From the IMG/VR virus record IMGVR_UViG_3300033997_000243, positions 255,519-319,518 of that record: a stretch of 64,000 nucleotides of DNA. One strand, given 5' to 3'. Positions 21,108-30,537 of the stretch are shown here, one piece after another (the first letter of the stretch is position 1; each line of letters begins with the position of its first letter). The translations under genes were made by a program, and so were the position numbers. A model generated the notes under the pieces. It was not told where the DNA came from. It did no database searches and saw nothing but the letters and a program-made list of their open reading frames with translations.

Positions 21108-21713
21108 TTAGAAACTGATTACAGTATCTGACTCAACGCGAACATCTTTGCCTTTGGCATTTTTACAGATTAAGCGGCAAACGCCACCACGCACTGAAAC
21201 ACCGTAAACCAGAAGTTCCTGATCATCTACGAATATCGACTTGTTGAACATTGATAATGCAACGCCGAATTCTTTAGCTTTGGCTAAATTCGCCTTGAAC
21301 GAATCTTTAGTTTCGCTCAAACCTGCTTCACGATAAACTTTTCGTAACTCTGTGGATGGAGCAACGAACTGCGCTACCGCTTGCTTTTTACTTGCTTTGC
21401 CAGTCACTGTTTTATTTACAGTTTTGGCAGTACCAGAACCTTTCAGATCAACCAACTTTTCTTTTATCAAAGTTGAAAGTTGATCTACGGCAGAAAGAAC
21501 ACGAGTTAATGATTTTGCATCTAAGTTGTCGATGTTGTTTACTTCGATGCCAGCACTTTTTAAAGTTGACCTTACCGCAACAGGAATACTTGCTTTTGGT
21601 TTTTTAACCGGAGTATCTTTTGCAGGAAGTTTAGCACTTGGTTTAACTTTACCAGAAGGTTTTACACTTACTGGAGCTTTGTTTTCACCTTTCTTTGGAA
21701 ACTTTTTAATCAT
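21108..21713 (-). CDS. Lys-rich hypothetical protein
   Basis: Start reassigned to MIKKF (TGAGG RBS), downstream of promoter P2. Confidence 0.75.
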   Translation of the reverse strand: MIKKFPKKGENKAPVSVKPSGKVKPSAKLPAKDTPVKKPKASIPVAVRSTLKSAGIEVNNIDNLDAKSLTRVLSAVDQLSTLIKEKLVDLKGSGTAKTVNKTVTGKASKKQAVAQFVAPSTELRKVYREAGLSETKDSFKANLAKAKEFGVALSMFNKSIFVDDQELLVYGVSVRGGVCRLICKNAKGKDVRVESDTVISF

Positions 21714-21783
21714 GGTCGAGATCCTCAAATGATTGATAAACTTTTTACTTTGATTGGGCGATATTGCCCTAACCAATGTACAC

Positions 21784-21830
21784 ATTATACTAAAAGTGGC
21801 CGCTCATAACAACCACTATTTTTGACACAC
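21784..21830 (-). promoter_or_regulatory. Class-I promoter/terminator cassette P2
   Basis: GTGTGTCAAAAA-N6-TTGTTA-N17-TATAAT. Confidence 0.85.
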
Positions 21831-21895
21831 TTTGTTTAGTAACAAACTTTTTATCGGGAACGAAACTTCAGACAAACTTTCTCTGTTGTTTCGAT
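21792..21895 (-). ncRNA. Candidate small RNA of about 105 nt between tandem promoters
   Basis: Promoter P3 upstream, hairpin plus U-tract of P2 downstream, internal stem-loop, no ORF. Confidence 0.45.
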
Positions 21896-21901
21896 GGTGT
21901 A

Positions 21902-21948
21902 ATTATATCAAAAGTGGCCGCTCATAACAACCACTATTTTTGACACAC
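21902..21948 (-). promoter_or_regulatory. Class-I promoter/terminator cassette P3 (near-duplicate of P2)
   Basis: GTGTGTCAAAAA-N6-TTGTTA-N17-TATAAT. Confidence 0.85.
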
Positions 21949-21961
21949 CTCGATCAGTTGA

Positions 21962-22213
21962 CTATCGTTGAGCTTTACGTGCCTTCTTTTGTACAGCACG
22001 TTTTGCTCTACGTAAACTTTTTGGAATCAACTTTTTCGTTGCACGATAGCGAGTGGCTGTACCTTCATCGTGCCAAGAATCTTGCTGCGGCTCACTGTAA
22101 TCATCTTTTAAACTTTTTACAATGCGCTTTACTTCAGCATCAATATTATCTTCGGCTATCGCAATCTGATTAAATTGAGAAGCGACGATTGCACCAACTA
22201 ATTCTTTTCTCAT
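21962..22213 (-). CDS. Small basic hypothetical protein
   Basis: 83-aa ORF with AAGGA RBS. Confidence 0.7.
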   Translation of the reverse strand: MRKELVGAIVASQFNQIAIAEDNIDAEVKRIVKSLKDDYSEPQQDSWHDEGTATRYRATKKLIPKSLRRAKRAVQKKARKAQR

Positions 22214-22277
22214 ATAAATATCCTTTTGCTAAAGCTTGCGTAAAAGGCGACTTAATAAAATCACCTTTGCCAAAACT

Positions 22278-23054
22278 TTATTCTATATCAATTCCGTTTA
22301 TAACAGCATCCAGATATTCTTGCATAGAAGATTGACTGGTATAAATACCGTGATCAATGCTTGCACCTTTATCCGGCAGATTTTCACGAGCGTAACGCTG
22401 CAAAGCTGGCAAACTCATTTCCTGAAAATCGACAAAGTTTTCTACAGGTAAATCAGCATCATCTTCTTCCATATCTTCTTCATCTTCACGAAGAATACGA
22501 ACGCTGTAACTGCAATTTGTAAAAAGTTGGCCGTCAACCATTATTGAATTTGGGGTTATAGGTTGAATTTTGAATTCGTCGGCAAATGAGAATTCAACCC
22601 TGTACGGAACGTCAACAACAAAAACGGAAAACTTATCTTTCAAAGAATTAATATGCAGCCCAAGTTTAGGTAACTGAATAAACTTTTCAACACGTTTTAC
22701 CATGCCGTAGTTAAACAGCAAACGTGCATCAGTAACCACACCAAGATCTTCACGAATTTCATAACCTGAATTCATAAAGTCAGGCGCACGACCTTTTGCA
22801 GCTGTTTGTGCTAAAAATTCTACATAAGCATCAACACATTCGCTGGAAACCAAAAGTTTGCATTCCTGAGTAGTGTCGATAACAACATGAACAGGTGCTT
22901 TGTTTGCGTAGATTGCGTTTCGAGTCAAATACTCAACAACAGCTTTTTGATATTTTGTTGAACGCATTTGTTCAGGAATGGTTAAACCTTTTTCTTCCGC
23001 GAAAGTTAAAAGGTCTGACATACTAGCGTTGTTTAACTCTTGTATACTTTTCAT
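22278..23054 (-). CDS. Hypothetical protein with HEH-like modules at both ends
   Basis: LNNASMSDLLTFAEEKGL; FQEMSLPALQRYAREN. Confidence 0.75.
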   Translation of the reverse strand: MKSIQELNNASMSDLLTFAEEKGLTIPEQMRSTKYQKAVVEYLTRNAIYANKAPVHVVIDTTQECKLLVSSECVDAYVEFLAQTAAKGRAPDFMNSGYEIREDLGVVTDARLLFNYGMVKRVEKFIQLPKLGLHINSLKDKFSVFVVDVPYRVEFSFADEFKIQPITPNSIMVDGQLFTNCSYSVRILREDEEDMEEDDADLPVENFVDFQEMSLPALQRYARENLPDKGASIDHGIYTSQSSMQEYLDAVINGIDIE

Positions 23055-23115
23055 GATCTAGATTCCCATCATAATATGTTTAATTGGTGGCCTTATTGCC
23101 TTAACCAATGACTGT

Positions 23116-23162
23116 ATTTTACCAAAAAGCTTAGTGTCGATCAATCACTGTTTTTGACACAC
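23116..23162 (-). promoter_or_regulatory. Class-I promoter cassette P4
   Basis: GTGTGTCAAAAA-N6-TTGATC-N17-TAAAAT. Confidence 0.8.
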
Positions 23163-23547
23163 TTGGATCAATTCGTTTAGCTTGGTGACGATCAAGAACA
23201 AATTCCAGATCGCGCTGTTTGCGTGGAACACAGGCCATAGCAAAACTTGCAAACAAACGAACAGCGTAAAATGGCGTAAGTCTGTAAACATCTTTTTGCG
23301 AGTTACCTTCAGAATCAATACGATCCAAAAGTAATTGATAAACTTTTTCACTGATGCGAGTCAAAGTGATTGCATAATCTTTTGATGAATAGCGCAAACT
23401 TTTTCCAGCTGTTATTAAGTTCTCAGCAAAGGCCGGACGTTTTTCAGCATATAACCTGAGTGTTTGAAAGTCAGCATCAGGAACTTTAGCAAAGAACTTC
23501 TCGGCGTATGTTTGAAGTGCAGGAATTCCAACAATTTCTTTTTTCAT
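23131..23547 (-). CDS. Hypothetical protein
   Basis: 138-aa ORF; 3' end overlaps P4. Confidence 0.7.
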   Translation of the reverse strand: MKKEIVGIPALQTYAEKFFAKVPDADFQTLRLYAEKRPAFAENLITAGKSLRYSSKDYAITLTRISEKVYQLLLDRIDSEGNSQKDVYRLTPFYAVRLFASFAMACVPRKQRDLEFVLDRHQAKRIDPSVSKTVIDRH

Positions 23548-23550
23548 ATA

Positions 23551-23805
23551 TCACCCGTAGGTCAAGCTGTGATTCACTAAACGAATAATGCTCAACTGGC
23601 TTGCTCTAAATTGATCACCTTGTTGAGTCATTGCCATAAAAAATCTTTCGCCTTTAAAACCTTGTTTAACTTTTTCAACGGAAATAATCAAACAATTTTG
23701 TTGGCGTCCGTTAATATGAATTTCTACAACTGCATTTGGCTTTAATTGCTCAACAGTCATATTGAATGGGAACCCATTATTAACGCTAAGTATATTAGCT
23801 TGCAT
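23551..23805 (-). CDS. Small hypothetical protein
   Basis: 84 aa, AGGAG RBS, first gene after P5. Confidence 0.75.
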   Translation of the reverse strand: MQANILSVNNGFPFNMTVEQLKPNAVVEIHINGRQQNCLIISVEKVKQGFKGERFFMAMTQQGDQFRASQLSIIRLVNHSLTYG

Positions 23806-23831
23806 GTTTTCTCCTTTGTTTGAATGTGCCT

Positions 23832-23878
23832 ATTATATAAAAACAGACTATAATAGGCAACACTCATTTTTGACACAC
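23832..23878 (-). promoter_or_regulatory. Class-I promoter cassette P5
   Basis: GTGTGTCAAAAA-N6-TTGCCT-N17-TATAAT. Confidence 0.85.
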
Positions 23879-23888
23879 CTAGAAAAGT

Positions 23889-25598
23889 TTAGGTCAACAG
23901 TGCATCGATAAGATTTTTAACGCGCTGTTCTTTGCTATCAACACTATTGATAGAAGTTACTTCAATTTCAGGATGAAGCATTGAACAAACTGACAGTGCC
24001 ACCGGAAAAGTCTTTGTGGAATAATCCGCGAATTCAATATCCATATCGTCAGTCGCAAGTAAGGCGGCTTCAAGTTGAGCTAACCATGAATCACCGACAA
24101 CAATAACTCCAGTATCGGACAGACGTTTTTCAACTTTACATAAAGCTTCGTAAACGTCTGGTACGCACGAAGATAAAGCGTTCACTGTAATAACATCATT
24201 CAAAACAGCGCGAACAATTTTAGCGCGTTTCTCGATAGATGTTTCGGATAAACAGCGATTGTCAACCAGCTTGCGAACTTTTAAAGCTTCAAAAAGTTGG
24301 TCAATAACTTCAGGAACATAGCGAAGTAAATTAGTGCAGCCGCTATCTTCAAACTGATCTTCTGTTGTGTAATAAGTTCGGATCAGGTCAACAGCATACA
24401 ATGCACCATCTTCTGTGAATCGTGTTTCTGGATTCACATCAATAAAGCCGAGCAAGCTTAAAACAATACACGCTTTACCGCGCTTAGACCAAGCTGTTGT
24501 AGTTTTACCATCGTTGATCGCAACATAAATGTTTAGGATTGCGCCCAAAACTTCGTTTGTTACATAAGCTGTATCAAGCAAGAAAGCTTCAACTGTTGGA
24601 GCATCAAGCGACGATTCAAACGGCAGACTTAAATGTTTTATGATTCGTAAGGCAGCACAAAAACTTTCAAACGAAGTACAATCAAACTGACTACTAACTT
24701 TAATAACGCGCGTCTGGCCTTCAGCCAAAGCGGTCAAGTGTGAAAGAACAGGGGCCAAATAGTTGGCACAAAATTCCTGATCCCAAACTAAACTTGTATC
24801 GTCTGTTGTAAGGCCAACAAAAGCTTCATAAATGAAAGCGCTGACATCACCGCTTTCTCTTAAAGATTCTGTTAACTGTTGGATAAACTCAGCGTTTTGA
24901 ATATTCGCGTAAACTTTGTAACTATCCAAAGAAAACAAATGCGCGTAGCCTGAGTTTTCAACAGCGGCATCAAAAGCATCTTTATTCAATTGAGTAGCAT
25001 CAGTTTCGAGTAAAGCTGAAGTTGTTGGAATCAAATCAAACTCAACTTCTTCAGGTTCTACATTGGACTCGCTGTTTTCGACAACGGGTTCAGGCGCAAC
25101 AACTTTTGCGCCTTCGTCTGTTGGAACAAACTCTAAAGATGAAGCCTGTGGCTTTTCAAATCCTGTTGCAAATTCTTCAGGATCTTTTACCAAAGCCGCA
25201 ATATCAACTTCATCGGCTGGTACGGTCAAAGTTGGTAAGAACAAAGAACTACCATAAATTGTTTGAACCATACCCGCAATAAAAAAGATTGGACGAGTTT
25301 TTCCGGATTTTTTGTCATGCGTAACCGCAGAATAAACCGGATAGATAGAGTCACCATAACCAACTTCCATTTCGGTTAGCTGAATTGTATTTGAGCAATC
25401 AGCATCAATCGGATTTTTAGGAACCAAAAGTACAGCGCCAGAAAGTTGTTCAATCAGACTGTAATCATCGGTTTCAATTTTGTAAGTTGGCAAAGCATCA
25501 TCTTTTGGGATGATAGCGGCCATAGCTTTGTTTGTTTGAGATTGAAAAAGTTCACCAACAGCAATAAGGTGAGTAATACGAACTGTGATACTTTGCAT
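23889..25598 (-). CDS. Hypothetical protein
   Basis: 569-aa ORF with GAGG RBS. Confidence 0.8.
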   Translation of the reverse strand: MQSITVRITHLIAVGELFQSQTNKAMAAIIPKDDALPTYKIETDDYSLIEQLSGAVLLVPKNPIDADCSNTIQLTEMEVGYGDSIYPVYSAVTHDKKSGKTRPIFFIAGMVQTIYGSSLFLPTLTVPADEVDIAALVKDPEEFATGFEKPQASSLEFVPTDEGAKVVAPEPVVENSESNVEPEEVEFDLIPTTSALLETDATQLNKDAFDAAVENSGYAHLFSLDSYKVYANIQNAEFIQQLTESLRESGDVSAFIYEAFVGLTTDDTSLVWDQEFCANYLAPVLSHLTALAEGQTRVIKVSSQFDCTSFESFCAALRIIKHLSLPFESSLDAPTVEAFLLDTAYVTNEVLGAILNIYVAINDGKTTTAWSKRGKACIVLSLLGFIDVNPETRFTEDGALYAVDLIRTYYTTEDQFEDSGCTNLLRYVPEVIDQLFEALKVRKLVDNRCLSETSIEKRAKIVRAVLNDVITVNALSSCVPDVYEALCKVEKRLSDTGVIVVGDSWLAQLEAALLATDDMDIEFADYSTKTFPVALSVCSMLHPEIEVTSINSVDSKEQRVKNLIDALLT

Positions 25599-25613
25599 AA
25601 AGTTTCCTCTGCA

Positions 25614-25886
25614 TTAATCTAAGAAATTTAATTTAACGACAAAACCTTCATCGAACAATTCAAAAGAATATTCGCCATCTTCGTTTTTATAGAAACTGAG
25701 ATTTTCGATATATTTCTCAAGTTGTTCATCCGTAAGTTCTGGATATTGACAATCAGCTTCAAAATAACGCTGCCAATAAGTTCGCATGGCAGCATCGTGT
25801 AAAACATCAACTATTTCCGAGGTGCTTGTACTAAACTCAACTACTTCGGTTGATTCACAAACTTGCGCGGTGTTTTGCTGTGTCAT
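25614..25886 (-). CDS. Small acidic hypothetical protein
   Basis: 90-aa ORF. Confidence 0.65.
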   Translation of the reverse strand: MTQQNTAQVCESTEVVEFSTSTSEIVDVLHDAAMRTYWQRYFEADCQYPELTDEQLEKYIENLSFYKNEDGEYSFELFDEGFVVKLNFLD

Positions 25887-25954
25887 AATTAATTCTCTGT
25901 TGTTATATTTGATTCGGCCAGTTTATCTGGCAATACTATTTAACGAAGTAAAAT

Positions 25955-26773
25955 CTACTTCTTATCTTTCTCACGAGATTTCTTATCGTGAGATTTTTTG
26001 TCCTTACCTTCCAACTTGCTTGCGACTATTTTATGTATCTCAAGCTTATCGTCGTCGGACATTAATTCAGATTTGTCCTGTTTCGGCACAACAAGATCGT
26101 AACTGTTATTCACATCAACCACAGTCTTAAACTTTTTACTACGTGCCAAAATTTGCAAAGTTTTCTCAGGAACAAATATCAAATCTTTCCAATCCAAGCG
26201 ATCTATCGGACGGAACTTAGTTGGCACAATGCCAACATTTCCTTTATCCGTAATAAGGACTGTAAAAGAAGTTGCAGGGATTTTAGATCCGCAGCGAGAA
26301 CATTTACCTGTCTGTCGAATAGACAAACGACTGTGGCCAACGGCTTCACATACAACGGAAGCAACTTTATCTTCCGGTAAATTTAAACGCTTCAGATTTT
26401 GAATATCTGCAAACAAAACTTGCTTACTATTTAACAGATCATCAAAATCATCCATTGAATATTTTTCAGCATCTGTCAGGAAAGTATTTGTATCACGGAA
26501 AATGTAATACAACTTTCTGGCCTTGCCTTCAGTGGCTGATTCACGCTGTTCTGTTGGTAAGCTAACCAAACATACACCGCTTAACATCAGCATTTCCTGC
26601 AACTTTAAAATCGCAGAAGGATCAGCTTTAAGATCAGCAGAATTAACTGCAATCAATTTTAAAAGCTGTTCGGTCGTCAAAGCAATAACTAAATCGTCAA
26701 CGACTGTACGAGCAACGAATTGTTGGACGGCAGAAACCATTGTATCGAGTTTTGCATCAGTTAACTGTGTCAT
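25955..26773 (-). CDS. Hypothetical protein with CxxC knuckle
   Basis: GKCSRCGSKI. Confidence 0.7.
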   Translation of the reverse strand: MTQLTDAKLDTMVSAVQQFVARTVVDDLVIALTTEQLLKLIAVNSADLKADPSAILKLQEMLMLSGVCLVSLPTEQRESATEGKARKLYYIFRDTNTFLTDAEKYSMDDFDDLLNSKQVLFADIQNLKRLNLPEDKVASVVCEAVGHSRLSIRQTGKCSRCGSKIPATSFTVLITDKGNVGIVPTKFRPIDRLDWKDLIFVPEKTLQILARSKKFKTVVDVNNSYDLVVPKQDKSELMSDDDKLEIHKIVASKLEGKDKKSHDKKSREKDKK

Positions 26774-27399
26774 AAGTAACGATCCATATAAACAGTTGTG
26801 ATTGATTTATCGGCCAGAATTTCACGAACTTCTTCTGTAAGTAAACCAGAATTGTTTGATCCGTTCCCTTGTTCGTCAACACCCCAAAACTTTTCTTTGT
26901 CCCAAGGTGCAAGTTCAACCAACTTAGCATCTTCAGTAGCAAGAAGCCACTTTTTCAAAATCAAGTTTTGGCCATATTTTGCAAGAAGAAGATTTTTCAT
27001 CACGCTCTTGCGAATTTCTTTCCAGTCAGGTCGCATAGGGCAACCAGATTTTTCACTGCCATGATAACGAGCGTCTTTTGCTTTGACGCAGTTGTAAATC
27101 TTTTGGCGGAATTCAGGACTGCGAGTTTTGAAGTAATGGAAGCCTTGTTCCACACTGCTAAACTTTAATGTTTCGCCAGTAGTACGATCAATAACCACAA
27201 CGATCAAACAAGGTTGAAAGTTTGATAACCATTCCAACTTTTCAATCTGGCTGTTGTAAGTTAAAGTGACAGGTTCTTTTTTCTCTGCTTTAGCAGGAAC
27301 AGATTTTTGCTCGGCCTGAGACTTAATAAAAGACTTCTTCAATGGAAGCGAAGGCTTTTTAGCCAAAGGTTTCTTTGCAAGTTTCTTAGGTTCTTTCAT
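26770..27399 (-). CDS. NADAR (YbiA) family hydrolase
   Basis: FSSVEQGF...MRPDWKEIR..VM...L.AKY.QN..LK.WLLATED..LVE...FWG...GSNNSG. Confidence 0.9.
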   Translation of the reverse strand: MKEPKKLAKKPLAKKPSLPLKKSFIKSQAEQKSVPAKAEKKEPVTLTYNSQIEKLEWLSNFQPCLIVVVIDRTTGETLKFSSVEQGFHYFKTRSPEFRQKIYNCVKAKDARYHGSEKSGCPMRPDWKEIRKSVMKNLLLAKYGQNLILKKWLLATEDAKLVELAPWDKEKFWGVDEQGNGSNNSGLLTEEVREILADKSITTVYMDRYL

Positions 27400-27554
27400 T
27401 TAGATTCTCTCTTTGATTCAAGGCTTTTAGGATCTACACCCAAAGCCATTAACTTGCGCTCATACAATTTCATCAAGCGTTTGTGCTCTACGAGCTTTTG
27501 CTTAAGACGTTTGTTGAGCTTGCGTTTTGATTCACAACCTAAACAAGCACACAT
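27396..27554 (-). CDS. Small protein (52 aa) below the ORF-track cutoff
   Basis: MCACLGCESKRKLNKRLKQKL...; fills the gap exactly and its stop overlaps the NADAR ATG (ATGA). Confidence 0.65.
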   Translation of the reverse strand: MCACLGCESKRKLNKRLKQKLVEHKRLMKLYERKLMALGVDPKSLESKRESK

Positions 27555-27556
27555 AT

Positions 27557-28129
27557 TTAACGTGAGCTATAAACAGAAGCAGAGTAAAGCTTCTGGAGTT
27601 CTTCACCCGCATCTGAGATATAATCCATAACATGGCGTTTCGCCAAATCATGAAAGTGTCTTTGAATGCGAGTGCAGAAATTTTTGTTGTAGGTAAGAAA
27701 AGTACCGGAGTCCAGATCAAACCAAACAACATTACGTAAATCGTTGTTCTCGCTTTGAGGTAAACAAAAAGCGCAGTCAGAGTTTTCCACAGTCTTTTTG
27801 CGGTACGCTGATATAGTTTCCTGAAGATCCAGCAAATAATCCGCATCAATCGGCTGACTTTGGTTCAAAGGTAAAGCACGTAAATACCACACGCTGCTTT
27901 GCTCAGACTTTTTCTCAGGAACAACGATTTCACGATTCAAACTAAAATCCAATATTGGATTTTCATTATTCAATAAAATACTACGCAACATAACATCGTT
28001 GGCTTTATTGAAAGCATCCAACTTATCGTTGCGAGTTTGGGCCGGACGAATTACGTCACGCATTGTTGCAGGAATAGATTTCCATTCCGAATCCCAACGG
28101 TGATTAAAAATATAAGACACTAACTGCAT
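27557..28129 (-). CDS. Hypothetical protein
   Basis: 190 aa, GGAG RBS. Confidence 0.7.
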   Translation of the reverse strand: MQLVSYIFNHRWDSEWKSIPATMRDVIRPAQTRNDKLDAFNKANDVMLRSILLNNENPILDFSLNREIVVPEKKSEQSSVWYLRALPLNQSQPIDADYLLDLQETISAYRKKTVENSDCAFCLPQSENNDLRNVVWFDLDSGTFLTYNKNFCTRIQRHFHDLAKRHVMDYISDAGEELQKLYSASVYSSR

Positions 28130-28139
28130 TTTTATTCTC

Positions 28140-28361
28140 CTAGCTAGTATGCCAGATTACCGGATCTAAACTTTTCTTATCAGCTTTTTTCTTGGCCTTG
28201 CGTTTTAAGGCACGAACAAGTTTAGCTGCCTTTTCAATCAAACGCTTAGGTGGCTTTCTTTTTGGCGGCTCCAAACCCAACAAAGCATATTCAGCATCAG
28301 TAAGATCCAATAAAGCCAATTTACGTTTCAAAGACCTGAGAAGCTTTTCATTCTTTGTCAT
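28140..28361 (-). CDS. Small basic hypothetical protein
   Basis: 73 aa, AAGG RBS. Confidence 0.65.
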   Translation of the reverse strand: MTKNEKLLRSLKRKLALLDLTDAEYALLGLEPPKRKPPKRLIEKAAKLVRALKRKAKKKADKKSLDPVIWHTS

Positions 28362-28932
28362 TACACTTTACCTTAAGATTTACAGTTACTAAATCCAGTT
28401 TGACCGCCAAAACAATTAGACCTAAACGGCCAAACATTTCATTCATCAAATTCATCAATGTCGGCCAAGCATCAAAATCGCTGGCAGTTCTGCGAAAGTT
28501 GATCTCAAACTTTTCACGAGTAAAAGAAGGATCATCTTGCTCGTTTCTAGCCAAAAGCAAAAGAGTGTAAAATTCATCCAAAGCTTTTTCTCTGTGTTGC
28601 AGCCACGTTGTAGATTTTTCATCACTCAACATCAAGCTTTCCGCAAAGTCCAAAGACATAAAGCGATGCAGCGCGTTAAAACGACGACACATAGATCGGC
28701 TGAGCATTTCTTCCGACTGACACATTTTATTTTTTGTCCACAAAGTAATACGAGTAGATTTAAGTTCGGCAGCCACTGTATCGATGTGTTTCGCTTTGGT
28801 CGCAAACTTTTTATCCAGTTTTGAATAAAAGGGCAAACAAGCTACGACAATTCGGAAAAGCAATTCAATAAAAAGAGCTATTAATAATCCGACTGTGTAG
28901 CGCAAAATAAAGTTGATTACATTCTTAACCAT
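28348..28932 (-). CDS. Hypothetical protein with N-terminal TM segment
   Basis: 194 aa, GAGG RBS. Confidence 0.7.
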   Translation of the reverse strand: MVKNVINFILRYTVGLLIALFIELLFRIVVACLPFYSKLDKKFATKAKHIDTVAAELKSTRITLWTKNKMCQSEEMLSRSMCRRFNALHRFMSLDFAESLMLSDEKSTTWLQHREKALDEFYTLLLLARNEQDDPSFTREKFEINFRRTASDFDAWPTLMNLMNEMFGRLGLIVLAVKLDLVTVNLKVKCNDKE

Positions 28933-28956
28933 TTCTAGATCCTCAAGTGGTTACGT

Positions 28957-29130
28957 TTAAAAGTGCCGTGGCCTATAGAATACAAAGTATATTAAATAAA
29001 TAACACAAATTGATCCAATAGTCGGCGTTAATATCGAATGCGCTTTAACAAAAGGAAATGGCAAAACGCAAACAATTAAAAGAATAACAGCAATCAGCGC
29101 GATTACCCGTAAGCAATATTCAACAAACAT
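28957..29130 (-). CDS. Small membrane protein (2 TM)
   Basis: Hydrophobic; start at MFVEY with AAGGA RBS. Confidence 0.6.
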   Translation of the reverse strand: MFVEYCLRVIALIAVILLIVCVLPFPFVKAHSILTPTIGSICVIYLIYFVFYRPRHF

Positions 29131-29254
29131 TTTGATCCTTAATTCGCATCGACAATTTTGCTTCAATGTCATGGCGAAAAGTTTGTATTGTTATTAAATC
29201 TAGTTCAATACCGAACAAAGTTTTGAATAAACGGACTAGCTGCCATTCGGTCAT
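29120..29254 (-). CDS. Small hypothetical protein (44 aa)
   Basis: MTEWQLVRLFKTLFGIEL...; fills an operon gap. Confidence 0.45.
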   Translation of the reverse strand: MTEWQLVRLFKTLFGIELDLITIQTFRHDIEAKLSMRIKDQNVC

Positions 29255-29283
29255 AACAGCCAGTCCTTGATTTATCACACACA

Positions 29284-29928
29284 TTACTTTTCTAAACGGG
29301 AAAGTCTTTCCAAATATACTTCTTCTGTATCAGAGTATAAGACTTTTTCCATCAAAGTTTGTTTATCAGAAATTGGTGCATAAGCAACATATTCAAACTG
29401 AGCGGCAAGCGTCATAACAACCTTTGATTGCAATAGCTTAGAAAGTCTGACGATACGCGCTCGGTTGTGATTACATTCCAGCACCAGAACAACTTCAATA
29501 TCTTCGCAGGAATCAATATTCAGCGTGGAAAAGTTGATCGTGTCTGCGGTACAGAATAAAGCGTATCTGTTTTTATACACCGAACAATCAATGACTATGG
29601 CAGTTTGAGACATACCAGATTCAAAAGGTTCATAAGTTTCAAGTTCAAAATCGGAAATATCTAATTCTGAATATTGATAAACCTTATTAGTCTTTTCAAT
29701 TTGAATAAAATGCTCAAGCAGACTAATCAGTTCTTTCAGATCGGAAAGATTTTGTCGTCCAGATAAACCAACAGCGTAATTATCCCAATCTACTTCAAAA
29801 GAATAGCCAGCGGCTTTTGATACCAGATCAAAACCAAAGTAAGCAGCTGGAAACAATGGAGTAACTAAAGTAGGCTTTTCTTTCTTTGCTTTACTTTTAG
29901 TTGTTTTTTGTCGTGTTATTTTCTTCAT
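29284..29928 (-). CDS. Hypothetical protein
   Basis: 214 aa, GGAG RBS. Confidence 0.7.
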   Translation of the reverse strand: MKKITRQKTTKSKAKKEKPTLVTPLFPAAYFGFDLVSKAAGYSFEVDWDNYAVGLSGRQNLSDLKELISLLEHFIQIEKTNKVYQYSELDISDFELETYEPFESGMSQTAIVIDCSVYKNRYALFCTADTINFSTLNIDSCEDIEVVLVLECNHNRARIVRLSKLLQSKVVMTLAAQFEYVAYAPISDKQTLMEKVLYSDTEEVYLERLSRLEK

Positions 29929-29939
29929 AAAGTTCTCCG

Positions 29940-30431
29940 CTAAACTTTAAAGTAACGAGGTTCTAAACGATCCGCATAAAGCACTACAATTTTATTGGCA
30001 TCGGCATATCCTGAAATGTTTGAGCCTTCCACATAATAAAGGCAGCGCATAATATTAAGTCTGTTGTACGCTTCTTCAGAAATTTCACGATAGCCATCTG
30101 AGTGCATAGTGAACTCGCCTTCATATAATGTTTGGCGGCTGGCCTCTAAAATCGTGTGGCCTAAAAGTTTGAAACCTGCAACAGCGTTCGCGCAAAACGA
30201 ATCAACCTGCAATTCACCTTTTTCGTTAAACGAAACAGCGTCAACAAAAAGAACTTCTGTTTTAATAATAGGATATGTTATTAAGTAGTCAGATTCTTCC
30301 ATGAAAACACAATCAACTTTTTGAGCAGGAACCAAAAGATTTTCGATCTTAACAAAACCATTTTTTGGTTCTATTGGTTTACGTGAAGTTACCGTTACGT
30401 TGCTTTCATATACTAATGTTACTTGATACAT
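29940..30431 (-). CDS. Hypothetical protein
   Basis: 163 aa, first gene after P6. Confidence 0.75.
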   Translation of the reverse strand: MYQVTLVYESNVTVTSRKPIEPKNGFVKIENLLVPAQKVDCVFMEESDYLITYPIIKTEVLFVDAVSFNEKGELQVDSFCANAVAGFKLLGHTILEASRQTLYEGEFTMHSDGYREISEEAYNRLNIMRCLYYVEGSNISGYADANKIVVLYADRLEPRYFKV

Positions 30432-30485
30432 TTATTGATCCTCAAATGTCATTATCGGAGGCACTATTGCCTTACCAATGAAGCT

Positions 30486-30532
30486 ATTATACCAAAAGCG
30501 GCCATTCATAACAACCGCTGTTTTTGACACAC
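30486..30532 (-). promoter_or_regulatory. Class-I promoter/terminator cassette P6
   Basis: GTGTGTCAAAAA-N6-TTGTTA-N17-TATAAT. Confidence 0.85.
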
Positions 30533-30537
30533 TTGGT

